A stretch of 64,000 nt of DNA from an uncultured cyanobacterium (GTDB lineage Bacteria > Cyanobacteriota > Cyanobacteriia > Cyanobacteriales > Nostocaceae), in contig CAVUDP010000002.1 of NCBI GenBank assembly GCA_963740315.1, positions 3,136,001 through 3,200,000 of the forward strand, written 5' to 3'. The first letter of the stretch is position 1. Each line of letters opens with the position of its first letter. Position numbers and translations under genes: made by a program. Below are positions 62,870 through 64,000 of this stretch, piece after piece. The notes under the pieces are model-generated. The model saw only the letters and a program-made list of their open reading frames with translations, did not search any database and had not been told where the DNA came from.

Positions 62870-63142
62870 TCTCTGCTAATGGGTAATTTGGTAACGGGTA
62901 ATGAATTAACCCTAGCTTGAGAATTTTATCGTAGTGTGGGGACTTAAGGCTAATTTTTAATTGCTGCGATCGCCAACTACATATAGGAATAGCCTGGATT
63001 TAAAGCATAAATATGTAATTTAAACTGAAGTTCCCCCTAAGCAAAAAACAACTAGCTGCTTACCAAAGGCAATTTTAAGATTTTTTGAATTGCTCGCACT
63101 TTGTACATATGCTCGGAGAGATTTGCTATTTACGAAATTAGA

Positions 63143-63604
63143 TTAACTCTTCACTTCAACTTTAAGAAGGTAAGGAGCGACAAAGCCCTTGTAATCTTTC
63201 CTCCTACTTTCTGGTAAATCTTTCCAACCAGTAATTCTTCCCCGACACATTTTCGTGCCACACATACACAAGGGTGGAAAATAATTAACAGAATAATTTC
63301 TCATCGCATAATCAAAACTCAATTCTTCTCCCACACTGATGTTTTTCATTGCGACAAAATCATGAGCGCCTGTTTCATTGACTCTGATGCCACAATTAGG
63401 ATCGCAAGAGTGGTTCACTTTAGATATAAATCCAGCATGGAGAACAAATTTATTTTGGGCTACTTGTGAAGCGTGAGAATTATTTTCATCCAAGTTCTTT
63501 TCAATTCTTCCAACCATAACTGTCTCATCAGGCTTAAATGCTTGGGTGGCAAACATTCCTTCTCCTTTGCCATCAACATATCTTAATTCAAAACCATCTT
63601 TCAT
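63143..63604 (-). CDS. SET-domain protein with post-SET Cys motif
   Basis: KGEGMFA, NHSCDPN, GEELSFDY, CMCGTKMCRG. Confidence 0.9.
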   Translation of the reverse strand: MKDGFELRYVDGKGEGMFATQAFKPDETVMVGRIEKNLDENNSHASQVAQNKFVLHAGFISKVNHSCDPNCGIRVNETGAHDFVAMKNISVGEELSFDYAMRNYSVNYFPPLCMCGTKMCRGRITGWKDLPESRRKDYKGFVAPYLLKVEVKS

Positions 63605-63824
63605 TTTGTTCTACCCTACTTTTACAAGTATTAAATTAAACTATTCTCGAATTAGAATGTCATCAGGTTATCTTAAGCTTATTGATGCAAAATTCATTAT
63701 TAGTTGTTAATTCTTAGTTATTTGTATTACAACTTAACTTGCCATCTTCCCCTGAAACTTTTCTTGATTCGTAGTGGGGCTTTAGCACTTCTTGATTAAC
63801 TATTTTTTACATATTCTTGTTTTT

Positions 63825-63933
63825 CTTGTTCCCAGTCTCTGGCTGGGAATACATCTAGGCAAGGCTCTGCCTTCTTTGTATATCGGAGGCAGAGCCTCCC
63901 GTAAGCCATTCCCAGGCTCTGCCTGGGAACGAG
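63825..63933. repeat. Palindromic dispersed repeat (TTCCCAG...CTGGGAA / AGGCTCTGCCT); partial copy near 35010-35056
   Basis: Nested hairpins ttcccag/ctgggaa and aggctctgcct/aggcagagcct. Confidence 0.65.
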
Positions 63934-64000
63934 AATAATAAAATAAAGATGGTGCGTTACGGCATTATCAAGTTAATAACCTCTATATTGACTGATTTTA

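Noticed and set aside
1..64000. High density of GCGATCGC
   Set aside because: Ordinary cyanobacterial HIP1; used only as a taxonomic clue

Overview
AT-rich chromosomal window from a filamentous, probably heterocyst-forming cyanobacterium (Nostocales, possibly Rivularia/Calothrix-like). This is inferred from abundant HIP1 octamers (GCGATCGC), STRR-type 7-8 bp tandem arrays, psaE, ndhO, tandem pspA/vipp1, and nrrA with an NtcA-type promoter. Most of it is housekeeping: mraY (partial), mutM, pgi, hemA, glpX, grxC, tadA, bolA, grxD, rsmG, argC, uvrC, x-type thioredoxin, menB. The best candidate for an undescribed system is the AT-rich block at about 4.0-10.4 kb. It holds two paralogous helical/wHTH-like genes, a 661-aa P-loop ATPase, a DUF1802-like protein fused to a PD-(D/E)xK nuclease, and a nuclease-deleted variant copy of that gene's 3' end; together these look like an uncharacterised anti-phage or modification-dependent restriction module. 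Other notable items are a REPIN-flanked PanE-like/ACT operon, a split and truncated MprF locus, a TnpB remnant, an acidic (DAT)n repeat protein, a C-terminally extended PsaE and several nested small repeat families. I recognised no rRNA, tRNA or CRISPR array. All family assignments come from motif recognition by eye, not database searches.
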